Virus record (IMG/VR): IMGVR_UViG_3300028588_000016
Location: 119,313 to 183,312 of that record
DNA: 64,000 bases
Source: a virus
Direction: 5' to 3' (one strand)
Shown here: positions 27,716-39,067 of the stretch, piece after piece
How positions within the stretch are numbered: the stretch's first letter is position 1
Layout of the letters: each line of letters begins with the position of its first letter
Program-made: the position numbers and the translations under genes
Notes under the pieces: generated by a model
Told to the model about the DNA's origin: nothing
Database searches by the model: none
The model's input: the letters and a program-made list of their open reading frames with translations, nothing else

Positions 27716-30700
27716 ATGAGAATAGAAATTCATTTAGGATATGCTCTCTATTTAGAGTGTATTCGCAAAGATCTTCAAGATCAAGCATTAGATGTATTAA
27801 TAGCTGGTCCAGATTCAGCATTAAGATGTCTGTTAGCAGATTTCAGAGAGAATAACAATCAAGCATCATTCAGCGAGTTTCATAAGTTCGCAATAGATGC
27901 CGCGATTATTGTCCAAGAATTCTTTTTACCAGAAATGTAATGCAATTGATCAAAATTCAAGGAACATATGTAGATATATTGTCTATAGATGTACCAGAGT
28001 AAGAACCTACAGTTAGCCGGCGATAACATCAATGGCTACTGTTTAAAATTAAAACAATGGCACAAGAAACTGTAACAATAGAAGATAAAGACTACTTCAT
28101 TGAGTGTAGAGATACAAAGATTGGTGATGTAGTGTATGATAAAAATAGTAAAACTACTTACGTAGCTAGTATATCAGATGCTGATGATCTAAATTGGATC
28201 GTAGTAGAACAAATCAATCACTCAACTATTTAGTCAATGAAATACTTAATACTTATACTCATCTTATCTACTTTAAGTTGTGGAGATGTAACAATAGCAA
28301 AACAAGTAACTAAAATAGAAAGATACAACAAAAAGCTTTCTTATTATTGGTATAATTACAGTAATGATCGTGTACTAGACACAAACAATCGTTATAAGAT
28401 AGGTGATACTGTAAACTTAGTAGAATACTAACACAATGGAGATAGAAATCAACGAAGAAAACCTAAACTTACTACTCAATCAAATAAGAAAACATCTGAA
28501 TGATAACTCTATGGAGTTTATACTTCTTGGAAAAGATGTAACGTTCTTATCGGTAATGGACAAGATAAAGAAAGATGATCCTGGTCATCCTATCGAAGTC
28601 TATCTATTAGCGAGTCGGTATATTAGTGATATCGTAGATGACTTCTTTAAACCGTAAACAATTTAAAAACCCATAAAACCCAAAACAATGAATTCAACTC
28701 AAATCACACTAGGATCATTCAGAATGAAATCAGTGGCAAACAAAACAGTTACAAGAGTAGTAAATGCTGAACTAAATGAGTCAGGCATGTTCTCTTTCAG
28801 TAAAGAAATGTTAAAGCACATTGGTCAAGGTATTCACCTTGTTAACCTAAAGAGTAAAGTATCTGATCCACAAGTATTATTGTCTTTATTAGGCTTAATA
28901 ACTGAAGCTTTATACGCAGAAGACGCTGATCTTGAGTTCGCTCAGAGAGAATTTACTCGTGAAGAAATTCACTTCATCCGCAAAGCTATCTTAGCTAAGC
29001 TTGAACATTGCGAGAAACAAAAACAAGTTGAAGATGCTGATGAGAATACCACAGCGAAAACATTCAACGAAAACTCATACATCAATATGAAGTTACTTCT
29101 TATTGACTTAGGTGAGTGGTTATCTGTTTCTATTTAAACTTAATCATTAACTAAACCTAGATTGGGCGGACGTCGCTGTTTCGCCCTTTCTTAAACTTAA
29201 CACAATGAAGAAGATAATAGCAATAGAAACTTGGGGAGGGACCGCAGGTGGATATAAGGTAGAGTTAAACCTAGAATTAACTAAAGACAGAGAATTAACG
29301 CAAGATGAAGTGTATTTTGCTCATACCAAAGTGCAAGAAATCATGGCGCACATAGACACCAACACGATTAAAACATCTGTTGAGTTTATTAAAAATACAG
29401 CATCTGAACGTGAGCAACTGCTCAACTGTTTCGGTGATCATAAGATCTATGCCAAAGAAATACCATCAGAATATGGTAATCTTGAACCATGGTTCTTAGT
29501 CACAACGCCTAAAGGTGTTATTAAGATTGGATGGCGTAAGCGTGTGATTAATATTGATTGGTCAGACTCTGATATTAAGTTCAAAACCGATGCAGAAGCT
29601 GCTATAGCCATAGAGATAGAAGATCTTCACCATACACACGGTAGAGATTACGTTCACGCTTATGGTTACGCAAAAGCAACTAAATACATTCAACGCTTAC
29701 TAAACGAAGAATAAATGCATTACGTACAGATAACAGACGAACAAGATATCAACTTCACTACTAATCTACCTATCATGCCTGAAATAGGACATCATGTAGT
29801 AATAGACAATGAGTCACGTGAAGTATTAGAAGTTAGACATTTTATTAAACTTGATGGAGTGAGGACAACCTTCTTGAATACACAAATATTAATTAATAGT
29901 ACTTTCCACACATTACACAATGGACGCTAAAGAACCTTTATACTTAAATTCTTAGTTATACACGGTGGTGCTTGGATAAGACTATCGTGTACTTTTAAAC
30001 TAAAACAAATGAACAAGATACAAATCATCATCGCTTTTTATAGAAGTATGAAAACGTTTAGTAAACCTTTCAGTAAAGTAAACAATAATCATTCGGGTAT
30101 GTGTAATTTCTTTTATACCATGTATGCCAAGAGACAACTAAACGACGATAAAGCGCTAGAAAATCTTAGAATACTTAGAGGGATACTTGAACCAATGTAT
30201 TTGAGTGAGTTCGAAGAAGGTAGATTACCTAGTTCAAATCAAGTGTATTGGTACTCTGTAAGTGAGTTAGGTAATAAACAAAGAGTTAAGCTTTTAAAGA
30301 AAGCCATCTACAAGACAATTAAATCCATATTCGTATGAAAAGATTAACAACAATTCTATTACTAATAGGTGCATTTATTTGGTCTGTTGTGATAATTACA
30401 AACCCTCTTACAAGCTTAGCAATTTGTTTGTTTTGCTTAATAGCAGTAGCAATATTAGGAGGTTCTTTCTCCCTTTTCGGTAGTAGAAAAGCCTTATCAA
30501 GAGACATATACGTAAGAAGATGAGAGCAGAATTAAAATTTACTGTATTAACAGCTAAATCAAACATACAACAATTTATGCAAGCTGCAGATGTATTCTCA
30601 CCTCATAAAGTTTTGGTAGCAATACAAACAATGACTTTAACTGTTGAGTGGCCTCTCATAGATGCCGAATACATAGCTAAATGTCAAGATAGTCTTAAAC

Positions 30701-30912
30701 AAGCGTTAGAGAAATCTGGTTCTGTAATAACTTTTATGGGTTATCAAGGAGAAACTGAAGTTCCTGTGTATTTTAGACCAGAAGTACAACAAATATCTAA
30801 TGGTAAATCATGGGGTATGTTTCACAAATTCTTAAAGAGCATTGGCTACGAAGTAGAAACAAACGAATATGTGATGGTAACATCATGCAAAAGAATGCCG
30901 AAAGGTATTTAA
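27716..30912 (+). other. Run of small hypothetical ORFs (27716-27940, 28057-28233, 28237-28431, 28436-28657, 28688-29137, 29205-29714, 29715-29930, 30009-30338, 30335-30523, 30520-30912)
   Basis: Co-oriented, tightly packed. 29205-29714 has a PWF.V.T..G.IKIGWRKRVINIDW motif I recall from other phage proteins. Confidence 0.6.
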
Positions 30913-30916
30913 AGAA

Positions 30917-31083
30917 TTAACCATTAACCGGATATCATAGGTAAGTCGGAATCATGACCCGGAACATAAATCTTCACATAAATAAAACAAGAGCCTAGTG
31001 GAGTACGTGACAATATGTTCTAATAGCACTCGAGAAAGCTCTAGAAGGTAGCTGCGGGAGGCATAACGAAAGTTAATGGTTAA
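30917..31083 (+). ncRNA. Candidate structured RNA closed by a 12-bp stem
   Basis: TTAACCATTAAC (30917-28) pairs with GTTAATGGTTAA (31072-83); internal AGAGC/GCTCT and a possible pseudoknot GAACATA/TATGTTC. Confidence 0.45.
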
Positions 31084-31086
31084 AAT

Positions 31087-31170
31087 TACGTCTTAGCTCA
31101 GTCTGGTCAGAGTGCCCGCATCCGCATTAACATAAGCGGGAGGTCCGAGGTTCGAATCCTTGAGACGTAA
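31087..31170 (+). tRNA. tRNA-like gene with a 16-nt anticodon loop (possibly elongator Met-derived)
   Basis: Perfect acceptor TACGTCT/AGACGTA, canonical D and T arms; anticodon stem CCCGC/GCGGG encloses ATCCGCATTAACATAA. Confidence 0.75.
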
Positions 31171-31249
31171 CGACGTTACTAGCTAAACGTCATTTGAGTA
31201 CCGTTTTCGTTTAAATGGTGTGCAGGTTCTAGACGCCCTGCACACAACT

Positions 31250-31322
31250 TACACCGTAGCTCAGTTGGTAGAGCTTCCCGCTCTTAACGGGAAAGTCCTT
31301 GGTTCGAGTCCAAGCGGTGTAA
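31250..31322 (+). tRNA. tRNA-Lys(CTT)
   Basis: TCCCG-CTCTTAA-CGGGA. Confidence 0.9.
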
Positions 31323-31327
31323 CAATA

Positions 31328-31400
31328 GACAATGTGGCTCGAGTGGCTAGGCGGCAGACTGCAACTCTGTCCTACAGCGGTTCGAATCCGTTCATTGTCT
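31328..31400 (+). tRNA. tRNA-Cys(GCA)
   Basis: GCAGA-CTGCAAC-TCTGT; U73. Confidence 0.9.
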
Positions 31401-31577
31401 CATTAATTGAATAACAGTATGAAACAAGCAAATAGCGGCTTTATGCACAGCACGCGAAAAATAAATCACTTCGAAACCGACTATCGGGAAAGCTTGGAAG
31501 GTCTGAATGCAAGCTTGTTATATCTGACTGCAGAGAAGATATAATATGTGAGGACGTAGAGGAACACTATTAAACAA

Positions 31578-31779
31578 TAATTGCTAAACCCTGAAAGAAA
31601 CTACGAGGTAACTCGTAGAATGGATGCTGTCATATGACTTACACAGCTATATACCATTGGGAGTGTCAAGCTAGATCCTTATTATCGAGTGCTGAAGATA
31701 ATGAGGATGCTAAAGCAAGGGGTGAGAGCCCTGCAGTCACAATCATAAAGATTGAGAGCGTTAATTTAGATAGCAATTA
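31578..31779 (+). ncRNA. Candidate multibranch structured RNA
   Basis: Closing stem TAATTGCTA/TAGCAATTA; inner CTACGAG-GTAA-CTCGTAG, ATCCTTATTATC/GATAATGAGGAT and GCAAGGG/CCCTGC. Confidence 0.45.
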
Positions 31780-31806
31780 GAGGGCGCGATGCCCTCTATT
31801 GTTTTT
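31778..31806 (+). terminator. Terminator-like hairpin
   Basis: TAGAGGGC-GCGAT-GCCCTCTA followed by TTGTTTTT. Confidence 0.65.
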
Positions 31807-31923
31807 AATTGTCCACTATTCACATCCTAATCACTAAAGCTATGGAACCACTAGAAGCTTTATTAATCATTACAGGTATAGGAGCAGTATTGCTCGTTTC
31901 TTATTTGTACAGCAAACACTTTA

Positions 31924-33430
31924 TTGAAAATGACAAAACAAGAAGTACTTAAAGAACTAAGGATAGCTAGATTCTGGTATTGGATCGGAATCTATCTTCC
32001 TTTTGCTGAAATGTTTATAAATATATTCAGCTACAAACCTAACACATCTTCTGGATTGTGTAATTATTTTAGAATAAGACACAGTAGATCTAGATTTGTT
32101 AAGATGTATCTAGTTGATTTTGCTCCTAAAGCACTTAGAGAATGTAGATCAACAGCTTTTCTAGGCATAACAGGTATAGCTTGGTTTCCTATGACCCGTA
32201 AAGGCGATAAACAACGCTTAGAAATACTAAGAGAAGCTTATGAATATTATAAATACTTTGGAATAGAATAGAGGAGGAACATTAAATGGCAGAAGGATGC
32301 AGTGATGGAAACAGAGTCTTTCCTAACACAACAAATCGATTTGATATACCTTTCAATCCACGGGTTGAGAGGTTTTCTAATACAAATCCTATAATAATTA
32401 GGAACTGGGAAGGAGATCCAGTTAAATGTGGCATATTGAGAAGTAAACTCATGAGAACAGGTAAACCGTGCTTTATTGGCGAAGGTTTCCTATTTGGTTA
32501 CGGAGAAGGAATAGTAGAGTACAATCCTATGGATAATACTTGTGCTCCACCTCCTGTTGAGAATGCTGACTTAGATACACTAACTCCAGCTCTATTAACG
32601 GTCATGACGGCACTTGTGTTGTTGAGACCTAAACGTTTACTTAGATGGTTTAACAAATAATGCAAATACCTATACAAGAGGTACTAAACCACAAAAAGTG
32701 GTTAGGTGCAGAAATAATCTCATCAGTCAGTAACATGACTAATGAAGAAGTTCATCAAATAGCTGAAAAAGCAAAAGAGCAAGGTTACTACGAACTTAAA
32801 ATCATAGTAAACGGTGTAACAACTGAACCTTATTGGTTAAAAGAAATGCTTGATAATACTGAAAAGTATATTGATGCAGAAGCTAAATCGTTACAACGTA
32901 ATCTATACGGTGACACCAATGATGAATTTAGAGAAGTTGTTAACAAGTTCACTCGTGAATTAGATGCAGCTAGATTAGCTTTATTTGAAAAGCATTTCAC
33001 TCCTGAACAAATTCAAGAATTTGCTTATCATGACGGAAGCTATTAAGAGAATACTCACACCTTGGAGTATTCACAAAACAAATTGGGAACGTAATATGTT
33101 ACATCTTATAGTAAAATGGGAAGTTCATTACGACATCCCTCAATACGGTGCTAGGCACATTACTTTCACGTTGAGTGATGGTAGTAAACAAAATTTTAGC
33201 GAAACATTCTAATGGCAATTAACTTAACTACATTAAGAGAACAACATAACATCGAAGTTATGATTAAGTCTTGGAAAGAAGGTGGCGATATTGTCTATGT
33301 ATATAGCGTAAACGAATTAGGAAAACCCTCTAAATACAGTTTAGAAAACAAGTCTCTAACTTATCGTGAAGCACTAGCTAAAGCGTTTAACAAAGCTAAC
33401 GAACAAATTCAAAATGAAAAGAGAATTTAA
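31924..33430 (+). other. Run of small hypothetical ORFs (31924-32271, 32286-32660, 32660-33046, 32985-33212, 33212-33430)
   Basis: Co-oriented, overlapping start/stop codons. Confidence 0.6.
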
Positions 33431-34595
33431 ATTAATAAAAGAGTATCCAGGTTCTCCTAAGAAAGGTGCTGTAATTACAGAATCATTACGCGTTACTATA
33501 AACAATAGTAGAACAGCGAACAAGGAAGAGAATCAATACACTATCAAAGTGGACAGTCAACACTGTGACGGTTGTAGATTCAATATAAAGAACCCACAAG
33601 ACTTCCCAGAATTCTGGCAAGAGGTTACTAAGGATTACGAAATATTATCCTTTACAAACGAAGCTGGTAGTATCTTTACTAGAACTGAAGATAGAAGATA
33701 TTGGTTAAATCATCATCCTTTTACTGAACGTTGGTTAATTGATAACAAAGATATGTTCATACATTCAGTCAAACGTCTAAAAGACGGACAAATCTTTACA
33801 GTAGGCGATCTAATTGAACGTAGCCGTGAGTATAAAGTATACAATACTATTAAGAAGATAGAGTTCGGTAGTGACTTGGGTTCTGATCTTAAAATTCGTA
33901 TAGACTTTGAAAAGGCTTCTAACAAAACTGAAGAGCATGGTTACAATCGTTTCGCATGGTTAAACGAGTTGAGAAAACCAGAAGAAGAGAAGTATCTTAT
34001 TGAATCTTTTATCATTAAGTTACCAAGTGGTAAAGAAGAAGTTGCTTACATACGCGATCAAGGTGGTTATTCAACTATAGACGACGGTATTACTTATCCT
34101 GCATTAGCTTATCTAAATGAGACCTCTAAAGCTAACGGATGGAGAATACGTTCAGTTATGCGTATCGAAGACAAAGAAGTATTTAAACTAGGCGACTTTT
34201 GTGCTCCAGATAGTGTAATAACTAACAGAGCACCTATAGATAAGATAGAATTCTGTAAAGCAGGTTATCTTAGATTTCAAGCTAAAGATAAGTATTACGT
34301 TGGTATTGACAATCTTGTTAAGCTTGAAGTAATACTTAACACAAGAGACGGTGTCAACAAGTACAAAGGTGACAAAGTCTATTGGACTAAGGAAGACATC
34401 TTTTCTACTACTAACATACCTATTAGGCTCAGTGCAGGTTATCGACCTAAACCTGATATGATTTACTTCGATTCAAAAGATTTATTACAAGACTATATCA
34501 CTACAAATAAACCGTTACTGTCTCATCGTGAAGCAACTACGCTAAGTCATTTAGAAATGTATCAGTTAGTTAAATCACGCTTAAATTTTAAATAA
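33414..34595 (+). CDS. Hypothetical protein with two internal repeats
   Basis: YEILSF...IHSVKRLKDGQIFTVGD vs YLIESF...IRSVMRIEDKEVFKLGD. Confidence 0.75.
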   Translation: MKREFKLIKEYPGSPKKGAVITESLRVTINNSRTANKEENQYTIKVDSQHCDGCRFNIKNPQDFPEFWQEVTKDYEILSFTNEAGSIFTRTEDRRYWLNHHPFTERWLIDNKDMFIHSVKRLKDGQIFTVGDLIERSREYKVYNTIKKIEFGSDLGSDLKIRIDFEKASNKTEEHGYNRFAWLNELRKPEEEKYLIESFIIKLPSGKEEVAYIRDQGGYSTIDDGITYPALAYLNETSKANGWRIRSVMRIEDKEVFKLGDFCAPDSVITNRAPIDKIEFCKAGYLRFQAKDKYYVGIDNLVKLEVILNTRDGVNKYKGDKVYWTKEDIFSTTNIPIRLSAGYRPKPDMIYFDSKDLLQDYITTNKPLLSHREATTLSHLEMYQLVKSRLNFK

Positions 34596-34719
34596 TGGAT
34601 AAATTCCTTATATTAACACCCGCTGTTCAAATAACAGCTATAATAGCATTCATGGTATGTTTTGCTGTATTCTGGATCTCATTTACTGATTCATGGGGAA
34701 GTATCTTTAGAAAGAAAAG

Positions 34720-35220
34720 ATGAACTATATAGAGAAATTAGATTTGACTCTGAAGAACCTTCAGAAGGTTTATGACGAGTTACCTGCATTAGCAGAAAAG
34801 ATACCGGCAATACGTACTGATTTCGACATATGTCACTTCGGTGTATATTGGGCACAAACTAAACAATTTGTACTCACTAACGATTGTGGTACAACAGGTT
34901 GTCTATTAGGTAATGCTGCTAGACTATTTGATTTACAAAATAATGCTTATTATCATCATGTAGGTGCTAGATTAGAGTTTTCTTACATGCATTTCGGATC
35001 AACTATTTTTCCTGCTCTTTATCGTGCTTATAAAGACGGTACACCTAATATGTGGCAACCTAACGATATGTGGGATTATCTATTCAGTGAACATTGGGCA
35101 CACACTCAGCCAACCTTTGATCAAGCTATTGCACGTCTCAAATACTTCTTAGAAGTTAAAGGTGATGTAGGTGAAGAAGGTGTTGATTGGTTTTTCAGAC
35201 CAGAAGTAGAAGACTATTAA
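34720..35220 (+). CDS. Hypothetical protein (CGTTGCLLG motif)
   Basis: 166 aa ORF. Confidence 0.65.
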   Translation: MNYIEKLDLTLKNLQKVYDELPALAEKIPAIRTDFDICHFGVYWAQTKQFVLTNDCGTTGCLLGNAARLFDLQNNAYYHHVGARLEFSYMHFGSTIFPALYRAYKDGTPNMWQPNDMWDYLFSEHWAHTQPTFDQAIARLKYFLEVKGDVGEEGVDWFFRPEVEDY

Positions 35221-36100
35221 TTATAAATAACTATGAAACTACCTAGAAAATTAAAGAAGCTGTTTAATAAGCTATACATTGGTGAAAAAACTCAACAGAA
35301 CTTTAACTGGGTATTTCATAAACGTATGGTTATTATTCACAACTACGTACTAGGAGAGATACCTATCAAACTAACAAAACAAGACGAGACGTTCATAAGG
35401 AACGGCTTATTAGTTAACCCTAAATTTAAAGTTCCTTATGGCGAAGTACGGAATACAAAAAGGCGATAAAATACGCGCACGTTACAATCACACACGTGAA
35501 GAGAACGGTCCTACTATTGTTCACGAAGGTGGAGATATAGGTAAAGAGTTAACTGTAACCAAAGTTTGGAGTCACGGTGTGAGAACAAGAGAACATGGTT
35601 ACATTCACAATAACAGAATACTAAGTAAAGCTGAATAATGGAAGACTTTATAAAAGAAAACATTGAGAAGCTAGGCTTCAAATTAATTAAATACGAAGAA
35701 AGCACTTGGGATAAAGGTGTTTTCTACGGAGTTGCTCACGATATTAAAGCTAACGGCATGACTCAACTACAATGGTGTAGCGGAGGTCACAGTTGTACTT
35801 ATTTCGGTGACAAATTAGAAAAGAACATCTCTATCGGTGTTAAAAAAGATGGTGGAACTCGTCACGCATTTAATGGTTATGTGTTCACACTTGAAGACTT
35901 CGAACGCGTACTTAAACTTACTTGGTAATGAACGGAGAACAATACAATCAAGCACTTATCGCTTTCAGTGATGCAGAAAGAATCATCATCACTTTAAATA
36001 AAATACGTGCTGATAAGAGAGATCCTTTCCTTAACGATCAAGAGAAAGCCGAAGTTCTATCAGAACAATTAAGTAAGTTTGGATTAACAATTTACGAGCC

Positions 36101-36478
36101 ATGACATTAGAAGCACTAAACATAACACTAATCATCTTATTTTGGCATTTCATAGCTGACTTCTTATGTCAAACTGATTGGATGGCTAACAATAAGAGTA
36201 AGGGTTGGGATGCGTTGCTATGGCATACGGCTATTTACAGCGTATTGTGGTTTTTTCCTGTAATAACTTACGGAATAATATACGATGCTCCACAAAGAAT
36301 AATACTATTTGTACCTATTACATTCGTAGCACATACTGTTACTGATTATATTACAAGTAGAGAAACTACTAAATTGTGGACAGATGGTAAAATTAGACCT
36401 TTCTTTCATGTTATAGGATTAGATCAATACTTGCACTACATACAATTATTTGTAACCTTTTACGCACTAACACGATGA
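36101..36478 (+). CDS. DUF3307-like membrane protein
   Basis: HFIADF..QT.WMA..K, H..TD and G.DQ.LH motifs with TM segments. Confidence 0.75.
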   Translation: MTLEALNITLIILFWHFIADFLCQTDWMANNKSKGWDALLWHTAIYSVLWFFPVITYGIIYDAPQRIILFVPITFVAHTVTDYITSRETTKLWTDGKIRPFFHVIGLDQYLHYIQLFVTFYALTR

Positions 36479-37620
36479 AAGACGGAGACTTAAAATACTA
36501 TCCATTTCTTAATAGTTGGATTAATCATGTTTTACTGAATCCTCAAGTTCAGCCAGAAAAGTTTGGTATAACTATAGACGTGTATCGTTATCATAGTAAA
36601 ACTAATTATCCATTTTATTTAGATCGCCCTAATTACTACGAAGCTTTTAAATCTATCTTCATTAGAGAAGACTCTATAGAGGTTCGCAAGAATCTAGATA
36701 GTATAGTTAAAATGGGTTGGGCTGATCCTCGTATTCTATCTCCAAGTATTGAAGAAACTATTCAATTAGTGCGTTCACGCTTCGGATGGAAACCTTTTGA
36801 TCTTACTGAATTCAGTCGAGATTTTGATGAAGAAGTAACCAGAGATACACAATGCTACAAGAACAATTCGTAACAAAAGAGATAGCTTATACTTTAAAGA
36901 GAATGGGTTTCTCTGAAAAGTGTTTTGGTTATTACAGTGCAATGGCTGATCGCGTTTCGTTACAAGTAGGTTGTTCCAATCCAGGATTTGTTAAACAGTC
37001 TGAAGGAATAGCACACGGTAAGAGTATTCGTATGAGAGCTAGAATAGCTGCGCCTTTATGGCAACAAGCTCAAGATTTCTTAAACTGTAAACTATATTCT
37101 AACGAAATAACGGATCATTTAGTAGACACTAGAGAAATCATCATCTTACAATTAATTGATTACGTAACAGAACATGAACGCAATAGAAATACTGAAGATA
37201 CAACAAGAAATTATTAAACGTGAGTGGTTTAAAGCTTACGGTAGTGTACCCAATCTATCAGGAATGTGTCTAGTAGGTTACGAATGTAACTCTATGGCTA
37301 ATTGGTTTGGAGACAACGGATTAGATATCGATTTGTTTAATGTTGAACATGATGCAGACGGTATATTCTCTATTCATCCTAAATCACTTGAAGGTTTATG
37401 GGATAATAACGGTTGGACTATTTACGAAGGTTATGATAAACTACCTAAAGAAGAAGCTTATTACGAAATGGTAGACAGAGCTGCAAACATAAGTGTAGTA
37501 TCTGTATGTGATCTCATGAGAGCAGCTTCAAATGCCACATTAACTCACTACAGGAAGTACGAACCCAAACTTCCTTTTTATTAAAATATTCTAACTTTCA
37601 TTGTTAGGACTATTGGGTTG

Positions 37621-37650
37621 CCGGCGGGATGGGGATCCTGCCGGTTTTTT
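37621..37650 (+). terminator. Rho-independent terminator
   Basis: CCGGCGGGAT-GGGG-ATCCTGCCGG-TTTTTT. Confidence 0.85.
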
Positions 37651-38606
37651 ACTTATCTAAATTAACTCTAATGATTAAAACAGATCCACTCAAAGACTTA
37701 GAAGCCACAAAGGCTATCGCTCTTAAATATGCTAGAGCAAACAACAAGAATTATCATATAATTCTATTTAATCCAGTTAAAGGTCAATTCGATCCAGAAA
37801 CTTCAACCTACTCATTTGTAGAAGATGATTACTTCAAAATTGAAAGACCTAATTCATTAAAATTAACGACAACCGATGAACTTCGTGGAAAAGAGAAAGC
37901 CGCTGCTACAATTAGATAAGGATGCTAAGTTTGGTTGGGGAATTATAATCTTCATTGTAGCGTTAGCAGCTCATTCTATTTACCGATTAATGCACACATT
38001 CTAATGTACGATATCCCAATTAAGCAACAAGCAAGGTTTTACAGCTTATGCTGTAATCGTATGGTAAGTACTATGCCTAGAACTCTTAGTGAATTCTTAG
38101 CAGGAGTAGAAGAAGTACACATCTGTAAAGGTTGTACTGAAATTTGTAATGTAGAATTAAAACCAGTTTATGAAGAAGTCAACAAAGGAATCTATCGTAA
38201 AATCGAGTACTGACATTCCTATACCTCAAACTATTGTTTGTCTAAATAAAACATGGTTATACGATAGCACTAACGGAGCAAAGATTAAAGCAAGAAACAT
38301 ACAAGCCTATCTAAGAACTAAGTTAGGGTTACCTACTTTAACTCCACCTGTTATTCCACAAAAGCATCGTGCAATTAAACGTAAAGGAGCAATTACTCCT
38401 AGATGGATTGATAACTATTACGGAAACTAACTATGCGACTAAAGAAAAAAGAAAAACAGGGACTAGGTTGCTTAACTATTTTGATTTTAGCAACAGGCAT
38501 ACCTATAGCTACATGGTTGTATTACGAATTTAAAGAGCCAGAACGTTATTACTTTATTGATATGTATCAAGAACAAGCTAATGAAGCTGCTGAGAAGAAT
38601 AAGTAA

Positions 38607-38822
38607 ATGTATTATCGAAACTATCCACTAAGTCTACACAATAAAATACCATTTGGCAAATTCCGCGGAACTCCTGTGCGTATGATGTTTAGTAAACGTT
38701 ATTGGTATTTGGTTTGGTTGCATGAAGTAACAAATTGTAAACTTGAACAATGGATATATGAGTTAGCTCTTAAGATTCGTTCTAACAGTAAAAGATACAA
38801 AAAGCGCTACACCATTAGCTAA
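38607..38822 (+). CDS. DUF3820/ExoX C-terminal-like small protein
   Basis: KIPFGKFRG...P...YLVWL motif. Confidence 0.6.
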   Translation: MYYRNYPLSLHNKIPFGKFRGTPVRMMFSKRYWYLVWLHEVTNCKLEQWIYELALKIRSNSKRYKKRYTIS

Positions 38823-38831
38823 AAAGTTATG

Positions 38832-39017
38832 GCTTATGAGGAGTGATGTCCGATGAGCTGAACCAAACCTTGTGTGATTGTAATGATCACATTAGCAAGG
38901 ACAGTGGTATTATGATTAATTACTAATCACGTGAGAATTTGAGAACTAACTGGCTGTAAAGACACAGGTAAATCCTCAATAAGCTGTATTCTGACATCAA
39001 TCGGACAATGCAGGTTC
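38832..39017 (+). ncRNA. Candidate pseudoknotted structured RNA
   Basis: Complementary blocks 38832-42/38973-84, 38847-54/39000-07 and 38860-64/39013-17, plus an inner hairpin 38868-38900. Confidence 0.45.
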
Positions 39018-39067
39018 TATTTAACAAGTACGATAAACTTGTTTATTTTAACTTAAACTAAACTATC

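Larger units (their letters stand above)
35233..38430 (+). other. Further small hypothetical ORFs (35233-35469, 35438-35638, 35638-35928, 35922-36104, 36475-36873, 36852-37217, 37174-37584, ~37674-37919, 38170-38430)
   Basis: Co-oriented, tightly packed. Confidence 0.55.

Noticed and set aside
31171-31247. Theta (HDV-like) ribozyme or extra tRNA after the expanded-loop tRNA
   Set aside because: Only two simple hairpins are present (GACGTT/AACGTC and GTGTGCAGG/CCTGCACAC). They do not give the nested double-pseudoknot or a cloverleaf, and are at most a tRNA 3'-half remnant.
38845-38865. Hammerhead ribozyme suggested by CCGATGAG
   Set aside because: It is not CTGANGA, and there is no downstream GAAA core with matching stems.
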